A stretch of 64,000 nucleotides of DNA, taken from positions 32,001 to 96,000 of the IMG/VR virus record IMGVR_UViG_3300028914_000059, one strand, 5' to 3'. The position numbers were made by a program, and so were the translations under genes. The DNA is from a virus. Lineage: Duplodnaviria > Caudoviricetes. The notes below the pieces were generated by a model. That model ran no database searches. It saw only the letters and a program-made list of their open reading frames with translations, and was not told the DNA's origin. This document shows positions 19,964 to 29,289 of this stretch, piece after piece. Position 1 is the first letter of the stretch. Every line of letters begins with the position of its first letter.

Positions 19964-20635
19964 ATGGAAAAAGGATGGTTTTACAATGCCAGAACAGTTT
20001 ACTGGACGGCACTTAATCCGGGAAACAGGTTCGGTATCATATATAATATGAAAAGCAATAATATAGGTATAGAGGGAGGTAAGGCAGGATTTATTGCAAG
20101 AGTGAATGCAAAATGCGGTGATATGCTTACTCCGGCTATATTTGAAGAAATAAAAAATGGTGTTTTTCGCTCAGAAGAATATAAAGAAAAAATAATGCCA
20201 TTTCTTATTGAAGAATTGGGACTTACTCCGGAGGAATTTTATTCCACTGAGAAGTATAGGCCTGGTAAGGCAGCCAAGGCTAAAGCTGTCTCTGAAGTCA
20301 AAGTTCAGAATGTGCCAATAACAAAACCTGCTCCCACAGAAGTGTTTATTCAGGGAAAGACGGAAGCACCTGTACCTAAGCCAAAGCCTGCGCCTGTAAC
20401 GGGGCAGTCGGATAAGCCGAAACTCTGTATAGACAATCATATGGAGGAAGGTCTTATTGTGGTTCTAAAAGAAGAGGACGGGGTTTTAGTTTTACACATC
20501 TATTCTTCAGATGGTGAAAATATGAAGAAGAGTGGTTCTGAATGGGTATATCCGGTAGATATAATTGCTAATGGATATGATACCAGAGTAAGACGAAAGG
20601 AATTGTATAAAGCAGTGAAAGTTGTAAAGAAATGA
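19964..20635 (+). CDS. Hypothetical protein with Pro/Lys-rich linker
   Basis: 223-aa ORF, SD aggagg. Confidence 0.6.
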   Translation: MEKGWFYNARTVYWTALNPGNRFGIIYNMKSNNIGIEGGKAGFIARVNAKCGDMLTPAIFEEIKNGVFRSEEYKEKIMPFLIEELGLTPEEFYSTEKYRPGKAAKAKAVSEVKVQNVPITKPAPTEVFIQGKTEAPVPKPKPAPVTGQSDKPKLCIDNHMEEGLIVVLKEEDGVLVLHIYSSDGENMKKSGSEWVYPVDIIANGYDTRVRRKELYKAVKVVKK

Positions 20636-21132
20636 AGCTTTATATTACACCAGCAGGAATGACTGCGTCCAGAACAAAGGATTTCCTGCGACCTGCTAAA
20701 GAGAGATTTGAATTTGACAAAGCCATAGTAATCACCAGCTGCGACTGTGTTGTATCTCTCTACAATTCTTTAAAACATGAGCATGTCAATATTTTTGCTT
20801 TGACTAATCCACTTTATGGCCAGGAAGAATATCTCAGCACTGTCAGACGGGTTGCCTGTTTAGTGTTAAATATGCAACCAGCTCCGGAAGAAATAATAAT
20901 AAATAGTTCCGGAGGAACTGAGAAACTCTCCTGTATCATAAAGGATCTGGCCCAGGTATTGGGAACACGATTCAAAGTAACAAGAGTATTTGGCATATAT
21001 AATAAAATTATAAAAGATCCCGTATTTACAGAAATACCAGTAATAAATCCTGATAAGGAAATGTTATTGGCTCTGGGTACTGTAAAAGATTTAAAGGAGG
21101 TTACACATGGCTGTTCTGTGGACATCAACTAA
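20632..21132 (+). CDS. Stand-alone CARF-domain protein (candidate ring nuclease or cOA sponge)
   Basis: Rossmann-like N-terminus LYITPAGMT and CARF motif IIINSSGGTEK; 166 aa with no effector domain. Confidence 0.6.
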   Translation: MKLYITPAGMTASRTKDFLRPAKERFEFDKAIVITSCDCVVSLYNSLKHEHVNIFALTNPLYGQEEYLSTVRRVACLVLNMQPAPEEIIINSSGGTEKLSCIIKDLAQVLGTRFKVTRVFGIYNKIIKDPVFTEIPVINPDKEMLLALGTVKDLKEVTHGCSVDIN

Positions 21133-23110
21133 AAGCCGTGCAGATATTGACTCTGAAGACGGGCTGTTAGTAAAGACACCCACGCTGAAAAGGCCTGATA
21201 AGCCGATTAAAGGCCTAGATACCTTAGATATCGAAAATGCTGACTTTATAGAGCTTTTTGCACAGAGAATCCATCTCAGATTCGAAGGAATGACTATGCT
21301 AAACGCTATGGCTAAGATTGTAGAAGTTGCTCAAGAGGGCAATGACTGTAGTCTCAGGTTTTTAGAATTCCACTTTGATGGTAAAAATACATTGTCAATT
21401 AGTGGGGGTTCCCCTACGGTTATATATAAAATAAATATAACTGCAGATGACATAAAAACCGGAGCGGGTATAGAATCTTTCGAGTTTGTTATGAATATGC
21501 CGCTGGAAGAGGCTAAAGATATTGTGAATTTCCTGACAAAAGAATTCAATATCTGCAGCTGTGAAATATGTACAGGCAGCCCCCAGAATGATGAGGGTAT
21601 GCTAGATAAATGTCTACTCATCTTCCGGTCAAAAGAGCCAAATAATTCTTCTATGACAGAAAATGCTGAAGAGTTTATACACAGATTGGTACTGCTTCGT
21701 TGTTTTAACAAAAACATGGATCGTTTACCGTTCTGTAATAATATGATTCCAGATTCTGACATAGAAGAATTTCCCGTAATTTATTCGTCTGATATGCCAG
21801 TTAAGCTAAAAACTCTTATAGATGCTAAAGGAGATTATATTGAACTGGCACAGATGAATGGAACTATGCTTATAAAAAGTAAAGACCCTGTAACAAATTT
21901 AACATTGGAGAGATTTCTCGGATGCCCGCTAACCTCTAATGGCTCATTACCCGAGAACAAGCAGAGCTTTGCAGCAATACCAAGCAAGGATTTATACAGG
22001 GCTTTAAGCTATAAGCAGCCTGATCCGCTAAAGATGCAGATATGGTTCACTAAAAGTGGTAATGAACTTCAGTCAGATTGTGTAAAACTTGCCAATAAAA
22101 ACATGGAGGTGTATATTGGTCAATGTTACAGAATGCCCATGCCAAAAGATACCAGTTTTCTTGTAAAGAAAAAGGGCAAATTTGTACAGGGCACAGCTGA
22201 AGAATCCCTGGCTTCTGCTCTGGCCAAAAACGGTGTTAAAAAGAAAGATCAGGAACAAAGGCTGGACGAAGTTCTGGGGGAGACCGACACCGGGGGCACT
22301 GAAGAAGTCCCCCAGTCATCTATTGATGAGGCTTTTGCCGCTCTTGACAGGGCCAGAGCCAGGATCATGGATGACAGCATCAAACTGAAACCGGGGGAAC
22401 AAGTGAGCACTGCATTAATACTGGAAAAAATGAATGACCTGATAACCAGGATCGACGAACTCAATAAGAAGTATAATGAGGTACTCGATCAGGTTAATTT
22501 CCTGACCTCCAGAGTTGATAAGACAGCAGCCATAATCTCAACCATGAATGACATGGCTACAGACAGACTGATGTCTTTAAAAATGGGGGAAAATGAAGAA
22601 TCCAGAGAAATGGAATCTGCTTCGGAACGTAGACGTAGACTTAAACGAGAGGCCGTAATCAGGAATGCTACTGGTTGCGAACCGACCAAGGAGGCTTTAG
22701 ATATGTCTATGTTTCCGGCCAGACATCTGGGTGGAATTCCGATAGCACAGCAGGTAGATAATTATGTCAGACATTGTGGCGATTCTGTCGTAAGTATATC
22801 TATGATGCTGGCAAATATGCCAGAGGTGACTCAGAATAACATGGCTAAACGCTTGTCTATTTATAAGACACATAATCTGGCAGTTCGTGTGAATAAGGGA
22901 GAATATTATTTCCCGTCCGATATAGAAACCAGAATGGCAGAATGGGAGAAAGATAAGGACCAGATAATGGAACCTATTGTTCCCCCTGATCCAGTGCTGG
23001 CGGCTGCAGTTATCGAGACGGAACATAATATAGAAAAGTCCTTGCAGGGAGTAAGTAATGCTCGCAAGTTCAAACCGTCTCCCTCCAAAATGAAAAAATT
23101 CAAGCACTGA
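21107..23110 (+). CDS. Protein with possible DnaN/sliding-clamp-like N-terminal region and coiled-coil C-terminus
   Basis: NAMAKIVEVA...LRFLEFHFDGKNTLSISGGS resembles beta-clamp domain I; heptad region LNKKYNEVLDQVNFL. Confidence 0.4.
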   Translation: MAVLWTSTKSRADIDSEDGLLVKTPTLKRPDKPIKGLDTLDIENADFIELFAQRIHLRFEGMTMLNAMAKIVEVAQEGNDCSLRFLEFHFDGKNTLSISGGSPTVIYKINITADDIKTGAGIESFEFVMNMPLEEAKDIVNFLTKEFNICSCEICTGSPQNDEGMLDKCLLIFRSKEPNNSSMTENAEEFIHRLVLLRCFNKNMDRLPFCNNMIPDSDIEEFPVIYSSDMPVKLKTLIDAKGDYIELAQMNGTMLIKSKDPVTNLTLERFLGCPLTSNGSLPENKQSFAAIPSKDLYRALSYKQPDPLKMQIWFTKSGNELQSDCVKLANKNMEVYIGQCYRMPMPKDTSFLVKKKGKFVQGTAEESLASALAKNGVKKKDQEQRLDEVLGETDTGGTEEVPQSSIDEAFAALDRARARIMDDSIKLKPGEQVSTALILEKMNDLITRIDELNKKYNEVLDQVNFLTSRVDKTAAIISTMNDMATDRLMSLKMGENEESREMESASERRRRLKREAVIRNATGCEPTKEALDMSMFPARHLGGIPIAQQVDNYVRHCGDSVVSISMMLANMPEVTQNNMAKRLSIYKTHNLAVRVNKGEYYFPSDIETRMAEWEKDKDQIMEPIVPPDPVLAAAVIETEHNIEKSLQGVSNARKFKPSPSKMKKFKH

Positions 23111-23114
23111 AAGG

Positions 23115-23147
23115 TTCCCCGGAGCTTAGGCTCTGGGGAATTTTTTT
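23115..23147 (+). terminator. Intrinsic terminator
   Basis: ttccccggagc-ttag-gctctggggaa followed by T7. Confidence 0.75.
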
Positions 23148-23161
23148 GATGAGGAATAAGT

Positions 23162-24046
23162 ATGGAAGCAGATAAAAAGAAATGGTACCAGACTTATAAT
23201 ATCCCAAAAAAGTCTGGTGGAGTAAGACAGATAGAAGCCCCGATAGATGAAGTAAAGCAGGAGCAGTGGCAGATCCTCAAAGGATTATATCCAATGTATG
23301 CTCCAAGCAGGTTCGCCTATGGGGGTATATGTAAACGCAACATAGTTATGGCTGCAGAACAGCATGTAGCTAATAAATATGTTATGAAAGTAGATTTATC
23401 GGATTTCTTCCACAACGTTCATGGCGAATCTGTGGCGCAGGTTCTCCAGCAGCGTGAGGAAGTTACACCAGAAGCAGCGGAGTTTATCAGAAATCTCTGC
23501 ACTAACTCAAATGATGTATTACCAATGGGGGCACCTACATCAATGTTTCTGGCAAATCTGGTATCTGAAAAGATGTATAATGCGCTCGGAAGAGCAGCAG
23601 GTCATATGGGAGCTGTGTTCACTGGTTATGTAGATGATCTTATCTTCAGCTGCAATGATTTATCCAAGCTGTTAAAATTGCAGGCTATCGTAAAAAGGAT
23701 ATGCACTTTTTACAACTTCCCGATAAATCAGAAGAAGATAAGTCTTATGAGAAACAAACAGGAGGTTCTGGGGCTGTGTGTCGTAAATACTTTAGATCAT
23801 CCTAGACTTCCGCGTAAGAAAAGATATATAATCAAAGCAGCCTTGCACAATGCTAAAAAAGCTATAGAGAATGGTGAAACTCTACCTCCCGCCACTTTAT
23901 ATAAACTGAATGGCTGGATAGCTTTTGCCCATATGGCTAAGGATCAGTGGGCTGATCGGTTCAAGAAAAGCCTGGTTGAAATAAACCAGATGCGATTAGC
24001 CACCAAGAAAAGGAGAAAACGCAAAAATGCAGCTAAAGAAAAATGA
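23162..24046 (+). CDS. Retron-type reverse transcriptase
   Basis: IPKKSGGVRQIEAP, region X-like AAEQH (NAxxH), KVDLSDFF, LPMGAPTS..LAN, catalytic YVDD, region Y-like QEVLGL (VTG); 294 aa with no maturase or endonuclease domain. Confidence 0.9.
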   Translation: MEADKKKWYQTYNIPKKSGGVRQIEAPIDEVKQEQWQILKGLYPMYAPSRFAYGGICKRNIVMAAEQHVANKYVMKVDLSDFFHNVHGESVAQVLQQREEVTPEAAEFIRNLCTNSNDVLPMGAPTSMFLANLVSEKMYNALGRAAGHMGAVFTGYVDDLIFSCNDLSKLLKLQAIVKRICTFYNFPINQKKISLMRNKQEVLGLCVVNTLDHPRLPRKKRYIIKAALHNAKKAIENGETLPPATLYKLNGWIAFAHMAKDQWADRFKKSLVEINQMRLATKKRRKRKNAAKEK

Positions 24047-24392
24047 TATAATCGTCATGTTGATTGATGGTGTAGGAAAATACCTCAGGCTGGCAACAGA
24101 TTATAATACCCCTATAGGTCCGGGAGATAAAATTGAGTTTACCGATATGTGGGATGTTATGCTCAGACCGGTCGGCGGTCCTGGTGGAATGGCTATAGAC
24201 AAGGCTGTAATTCCTGTCAGTAAGGCTTTGGATATGGCTAAGGATACTCCAGGTCATTTCTGGATTCCACAAAGAAAACAGGTAACTATATTTAAACTGG
24301 ATCCAGCAAGTTCAGAATACACTGCTCTTCAATCAGAATCTTCCAACATACTACTCCCAAAAAGTAATGGGGGTATACTGTTAGGTAAATAA
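24027..24392 (+). CDS. Small hypothetical protein overlapping the RT 3' end (possible RT partner)
   Basis: SD aaggag lies inside the RT gene; 20-nt overlap; last gene before the terminator. Confidence 0.6.
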   Translation: MQLKKNDIIVMLIDGVGKYLRLATDYNTPIGPGDKIEFTDMWDVMLRPVGGPGGMAIDKAVIPVSKALDMAKDTPGHFWIPQRKQVTIFKLDPASSEYTALQSESSNILLPKSNGGILLGK

Positions 24393-24396
24393 AATT

Positions 24397-24425
24397 ATGG
24401 GGCTCTATACTGAGCCCCATTTTTT
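24397..24425 (+). terminator. Intrinsic terminator between convergent genes
   Basis: atggggctc-tatact-gagccccat then T-run. Confidence 0.7.
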
Positions 24426-25173
24426 AGCTGTTAATATATTTAAGATAATCCTGCCCATTCGATAAGACATCATTAACTGCCTGCTGCATAAGATTGGGAT
24501 TCGGATTACCTGGAGTAAAACCAGGATTGAGTTCTTTCATTCTTTCGTTAACTCTAGTAGCAAATCTGGACATTACCTTTTCTTTAGTTGGCCCGGTTCC
24601 AAAAAACTTATCGAGGGCTTTACCCCCTTTACTTAATATATCAGTCGTAGATGGGGCAAAAAACATAAAGGGCAGCTGTGACATTATTCCACCGGGAAAT
24701 AGATAATCAGCGCCTTTAGTTGTAAAGGCCAGACCACTGAGAACATCTGCCCCTCTGTTTGCTATGTTCTCAAACATACCTGCAGTGTCGAGATCTTCTC
24801 TATCTTTCACAGCACTGTATAATGGAAGGGCTGAGAAAGCAGCGTCAAGACCAGCTCCTGCAACGGCACCTGCTGCACCTAAAGCACCAGTCAATGGGTG
24901 AGCAGCCAGATTTTTAAAAGATTTAGCCAGGTTATCTTTATGGTACTGTATAGATTCAGGAATAGCTTTGATAGCTTTTGCATAAGCTACAGGATTATAC
25001 ATAGCCATAGCGTTATCTGCCATCTGACGTAAAAACGACCGCTCCTGAGCTACAGGTGGAATCTCTGTGACAGCTTTAGCTATCTGGGTTCCAGCCTGAT
25101 TTAGTCTGTTAGCTTTTGGAGCCAGGTTCCTTAATTTTAGTTTATCGGCTAAAAATTTTAAATTAAGAGGCAT
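24424..25173 (-). CDS. Hypothetical Ala/Gly-rich virion-type protein
   Basis: 249-aa ORF with hydrophobic GALGAAGAVAGAG segment. Confidence 0.55.
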   Translation of the reverse strand: MPLNLKFLADKLKLRNLAPKANRLNQAGTQIAKAVTEIPPVAQERSFLRQMADNAMAMYNPVAYAKAIKAIPESIQYHKDNLAKSFKNLAAHPLTGALGAAGAVAGAGLDAAFSALPLYSAVKDREDLDTAGMFENIANRGADVLSGLAFTTKGADYLFPGGIMSQLPFMFFAPSTTDILSKGGKALDKFFGTGPTKEKVMSRFATRVNERMKELNPGFTPGNPNPNLMQQAVNDVLSNGQDYLKYINS

Positions 25174-25403
25174 TATAATCCTTCATCTATAACTTCATTA
25201 ATAATATTTTTAACTGATTCAGCTGCCCCGCTCTCTTCGATCCAGTGAACAGCTATCAGATACTTACCTTCTTCAGTAAGCTTTGTTTCCTTCTGAACAA
25301 CAGACACATGACCATCCTGGTCATATGACTGTGTCATCAGCTCTTCGAAAGCTTCCATATCTCCATCGACATCGCTGGAAAACAATCTGCATTTGTACTG
25401 CAT
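25173..25403 (-). CDS. Small acidic hypothetical protein
   Basis: 76-aa ORF with SD aggagg. Confidence 0.55.
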   Translation of the reverse strand: MQYKCRLFSSDVDGDMEAFEELMTQSYDQDGHVSVVQKETKLTEEGKYLIAVHWIEESGAAESVKNIINEVIDEGL

Positions 25404-25509
25404 GATTAGTCCTCCTTACTTTCCGGAGGTATGTAAGTAACTGTGATATTATTTATATACTCTAGTGCAGGTAAATATTCAACAGTTATAAATTTTATCG
25501 GCTTCATAA

Positions 25510-28044
25510 TTACATTCTCTTTCTAGTAGTACCTTTAAACATTGTATCCTGGTCTGGAGATTTCGGAGGCATAATAGCTGTCGGGATCTGCTGCATTTCG
25601 CTCATTCTTCTACGGACAAGATTTTCCAGTGTTGGCATATCGGCTCTCATCTGAGCAAGAATCTGATGCTGCCCTGCAGGATCTAACGCCATTAAGTCCT
25701 TGGTTAAGGATGTAACCAGAGACTTTACTCCAGGAGGAACTACACCTGTAGTAAGGCTTTCTTTAGCACGTTGTTCCTGTTCCTGGCGTTTGGAAGTCTG
25801 GAATTCTCCTTCTTCCATTTTAAAAGCTGCGGATTTTAAAGAACCACCCTTACTCATAGGTTGAGCCTGAAGAGAGGTTCCTTGGCCCGCCGATTGTCTT
25901 GGATCCAAAGAAGTATTCTGCTGACGAGCTCTATACTCTTCCTCTGAGATCTGCTGACCGCTTTGTAAATCATAGAAGGCATGATTTGGAACATCAATAG
26001 CCACACCAGCAGCAGTATCTATGAGGTAACCAGTTGTGGGGTCATAAGGCATTCCGGAATTTGGGTCTATAGGTAAGCCTGTCTGCGGATCCATCTGCTG
26101 ACCACCCTGAGCCTGACCTGGGTCTTGTGTCTGACCCTGCTGAGCAGGATCATTTGGATTAGGCACCGGCTGACCAGTCTGTGGATCTATCCACTGATTA
26201 CTTTGCGGATCTAATAGATATCCAGTATTGGCATCCATCGGCATACCTGTATTAGGATCTATCGGGTACCCAGTATTAGGGTCTACTTGTGGGCCTTGGG
26301 CATTAGGATCACCGCCCTGAGCGTTAGGATCACCTTCCTGAGGCTGCTGTTCGCCGCCCTGAGCATTGGGATCTCCGCCCTGAGCATTAGGATCACCTGC
26401 TGGAGGCATCAATCCCATTTCTGCCAATTCCTGCTGAGCCTTAGCCTGGGCAACAGTCTGGGCTACCATCATATCACCCTGAGCTTCCATCTGCTTAAGC
26501 TGAGCCTGCATCTGGAAGTCATTACTGATAAGACTTGCTTCACCCTGAGCTTTAGCCTGATTGACAGCGTCACGGATAAAGTCTCCAAGTCTGCCTGCAG
26601 CTTCTTCCTGCTTGAGTCTCTTTTCTTCTACATAGTCATAACCGAATTCAGACAGCATTCTAGAGCTACTGATCTTACCAGTAGCTTCGAGGTTCATAGC
26701 TATCTGCTGGCGTTGAACGTCATCAGCCATACGCAATTCAGACATATAAATATCTACTGGAGCATAATGCAGGAATTTAGAAAATACACTTACAAGGAAT
26801 TTGATAAAACGCTGCATACCGTCTCTGATTCCTTCAAAGGTATTTTCCAACATTCTTAAAGTAATAGATGAGCCAGTCCAGGTCATACCACCAAATACAA
26901 ATTCCTGTGGAACACTCATAGAAGCAATAACCTGCTGAACTTCCTGCTGAATTTCAGGACCAAGTAACAAAGCTCTACCTTCGCCACCGATACTTTCAAA
27001 ACCTATAGGAATATTAAAGACTGGAATATAGTTGGGATCTTGTCTCCATTTCTTTAATTCACTTTCAACATTACTCTTCCATCTCCCGAGGCCGATATTT
27101 GCTGCAGGAGGAAGGCTAGACCCATTACCGGTCTGAGGGAACAAAACCCACAAAGGAACAATATGTTGAACAGCAACCGCTTCCTGGGCTCTCTTTAAGG
27201 TCTGTAAATAATACAAACTCTTAAGAGCATGCATTATCAGAGGATAACCCCAAGAGCTGCATTGACCGGCTAAGCTTGGTCTGCGTAAATGATAGAATAA
27301 ATCTTTACGAAGAACAACACGTTTATCTTCCTTGACAGCTTCAAGCACTATCATAGGGGCGTGCTCAATAAGGTTCATATCTTTACCTTCAAGTAAAGCT
27401 TCCTTATAAGTAACTGGTAGATCCCAGACATACTGCTTTTCACCAGAAACAGGATCTGCTATTATTTCCATAGCCATAGGGTCATATCTTATAATAGACA
27501 CACCTTTGGATGTTCTTATATAGCGATCTTTTATCTTGAAAATAACTTTCTTATTGCAACTCAGACAAGTACCGGATATTTCCATCTTTCTTATCTTAGC
27601 CTTAAGGTTTTTATAGAGCCCCATAGGATGTATAGAACCACACTTAGGACACTTGAGATATCTCTTAAAAGGCAAATAGATACCTAAGAAGGAATTGCCA
27701 TAAACACCCATATCAATGCCTATTTCGTAGAGTGTCTGCGGCAAATTCAACTGATCTTCAAACAAGAATCTCCACTTCTTCTGTACTTCCTTATCTTCTA
27801 CAGCCGTATAAACAAAACTGGTGACCGGGTAGGCTGCCATTTTGTTTACTATAGCAGGGACTATGCAGTTCGTATTATAAAAATAGACACAGTATTGGAA
27901 CAACTCTTTGATAGAGTTGGGGAAATAGGTCTGAGCAAGGTCGAAAAACGGTGATGGATATGGAAGAATTGGTCTTCCGCTATCCTGCTTGGCACCATGA
28001 TTCAACGATAATTCATCATCTGGTGATATAGGTGTTATAGGCAT
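25510..28044 (-). CDS. Probable portal protein with zinc-ribbon insertion and Q/P/G-rich C-terminal repeats
   Basis: Portal-like segments (YEIGIDMGVYGNSF, FYHLRRP...WGYPLI, IASMSVPQEFVFG); CPKC/CLSC; GGDPNAQ and DPxTG repeats. Confidence 0.65.
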   Translation of the reverse strand: MPITPISPDDELSLNHGAKQDSGRPILPYPSPFFDLAQTYFPNSIKELFQYCVYFYNTNCIVPAIVNKMAAYPVTSFVYTAVEDKEVQKKWRFLFEDQLNLPQTLYEIGIDMGVYGNSFLGIYLPFKRYLKCPKCGSIHPMGLYKNLKAKIRKMEISGTCLSCNKKVIFKIKDRYIRTSKGVSIIRYDPMAMEIIADPVSGEKQYVWDLPVTYKEALLEGKDMNLIEHAPMIVLEAVKEDKRVVLRKDLFYHLRRPSLAGQCSSWGYPLIMHALKSLYYLQTLKRAQEAVAVQHIVPLWVLFPQTGNGSSLPPAANIGLGRWKSNVESELKKWRQDPNYIPVFNIPIGFESIGGEGRALLLGPEIQQEVQQVIASMSVPQEFVFGGMTWTGSSITLRMLENTFEGIRDGMQRFIKFLVSVFSKFLHYAPVDIYMSELRMADDVQRQQIAMNLEATGKISSSRMLSEFGYDYVEEKRLKQEEAAGRLGDFIRDAVNQAKAQGEASLISNDFQMQAQLKQMEAQGDMMVAQTVAQAKAQQELAEMGLMPPAGDPNAQGGDPNAQGGEQQPQEGDPNAQGGDPNAQGPQVDPNTGYPIDPNTGMPMDANTGYLLDPQSNQWIDPQTGQPVPNPNDPAQQGQTQDPGQAQGGQQMDPQTGLPIDPNSGMPYDPTTGYLIDTAAGVAIDVPNHAFYDLQSGQQISEEEYRARQQNTSLDPRQSAGQGTSLQAQPMSKGGSLKSAAFKMEEGEFQTSKRQEQEQRAKESLTTGVVPPGVKSLVTSLTKDLMALDPAGQHQILAQMRADMPTLENLVRRRMSEMQQIPTAIMPPKSPDQDTMFKGTTRKRM

Positions 28045-28059
28045 AATATATAATCCTTA

Positions 28060-29274
28060 TCAACCCATGAACGGGTTATAGTCATCTTCTTCTTCTTCAA
28101 TAGCCATTACATCAGGAGCATCTGAAAGTTCAGTATCAGCGACTTCCTGCATAATTTCTACAGCACTTCCTTCATGAGGTTCTGTAGATTCCAGTTCGAA
28201 ATGCTCACTCTTTTCTTCGGGGAAGATTCCACCAACAGATACTCCAGTCATTATTGGAGAACCTGGAATCGAGGCAACTTTAGCAGTATGAGCTACAAAG
28301 CTTACCGGCTGGAAAATTCCCATAGCTGCTTCCATTTCATCAAACATATTGTTCATCATGAATCCAGCTACTTTTTCCTGGACTGTAAGCATAGCTTCCT
28401 TAACCCCTTCGGTAAAAGCGAGGGGGCCGTAATCTTCATCCGGCATTTCTATATCCATAGCATCAGATACAGGTGCCAGCATACCGGCGTTGATATCTTC
28501 CTTAGTTACAGCTTCGGAAGATTCGCCAGACTGAGTAAAATGAATGAGGCCTTCCTTGACATTGCTGAACATATCGAGGGCTTCTTTTTCTTTAGTTATC
28601 AGGTCGTGGCTGTTAATCATAGAAACAAACAGACGTTTGCACATCTGGTCTTCTACGCTGTTATCCTTGAAATCTATCTTAGCCAGTTCCTGCCCGCTGT
28701 ATTCAGCAAACTTAGCCTTGACACGTTCACGTATATCATTGATATGGTTCATATCCAGACCAAGAACTGTCTTCATTCTTTCGAGGGCTTTCATAAGATA
28801 GTCATCGACTTCTTCGGAGGGATGCCAGAAGAGTTCGTCATTAATGGCTTCACAGCCGATGTAATGTTGCACTTCTTCAGAATACTCCACCTTAGTAAGC
28901 TTTTCCATGATTCTCATAGCATGGACTACATTTTCTATAGGGAGATTCTGCTTTTCATAAAAAAGAACGGGGATGCCGGTAAGAGCAGCACATGTCTTTT
29001 CAAACAAGTGCCACTCTTGGTCTACGAAAGACTTGCCGCCTCTGATTGCTGATAAACACTGAATTTCACCTAGTATGTTATTATTAGGTTTAGCCAGGCC
29101 TAAACGTTCCAGCTCTTCCAGTATTGTTTCATACTCAAACTCCCACCAGTTTTCACTGGAGAATATAAAATCCATTATGGCAGAGATAGCCAGTGCTGGA
29201 TAGTATATTTTCTGCGTAAGAGCATAGTTAATATAATTGCGTAAATCTTGTGACAAAGTCTTTTCATCGACCAT
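28060..29274 (-). CDS. Hypothetical acidic protein of the head module
   Basis: 404-aa ORF with SD ggagg, next to the portal; EKVAG/AKVAS motifs. Confidence 0.55.
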   Translation of the reverse strand: MVDEKTLSQDLRNYINYALTQKIYYPALAISAIMDFIFSSENWWEFEYETILEELERLGLAKPNNNILGEIQCLSAIRGGKSFVDQEWHLFEKTCAALTGIPVLFYEKQNLPIENVVHAMRIMEKLTKVEYSEEVQHYIGCEAINDELFWHPSEEVDDYLMKALERMKTVLGLDMNHINDIRERVKAKFAEYSGQELAKIDFKDNSVEDQMCKRLFVSMINSHDLITKEKEALDMFSNVKEGLIHFTQSGESSEAVTKEDINAGMLAPVSDAMDIEMPDEDYGPLAFTEGVKEAMLTVQEKVAGFMMNNMFDEMEAAMGIFQPVSFVAHTAKVASIPGSPIMTGVSVGGIFPEEKSEHFELESTEPHEGSAVEIMQEVADTELSDAPDVMAIEEEEDDYNPFMG

Positions 29275-29289
29275 AGCCGCCTCCCGAAT

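Noticed and set aside
23162-24046. RT as a DGR or group II intron RT
   Set aside because: No avd-like gene or TR/VR pair with adenine-specific differences seen; no maturase domain or intron RNA context; motifs and size fit retrons.
26287-29052. Long antisense ORFs (26287-26859, 28174-29052) and similar ones elsewhere
   Set aside because: Shadows of codon bias on the opposite strand of real genes; no SD or protein-like features.
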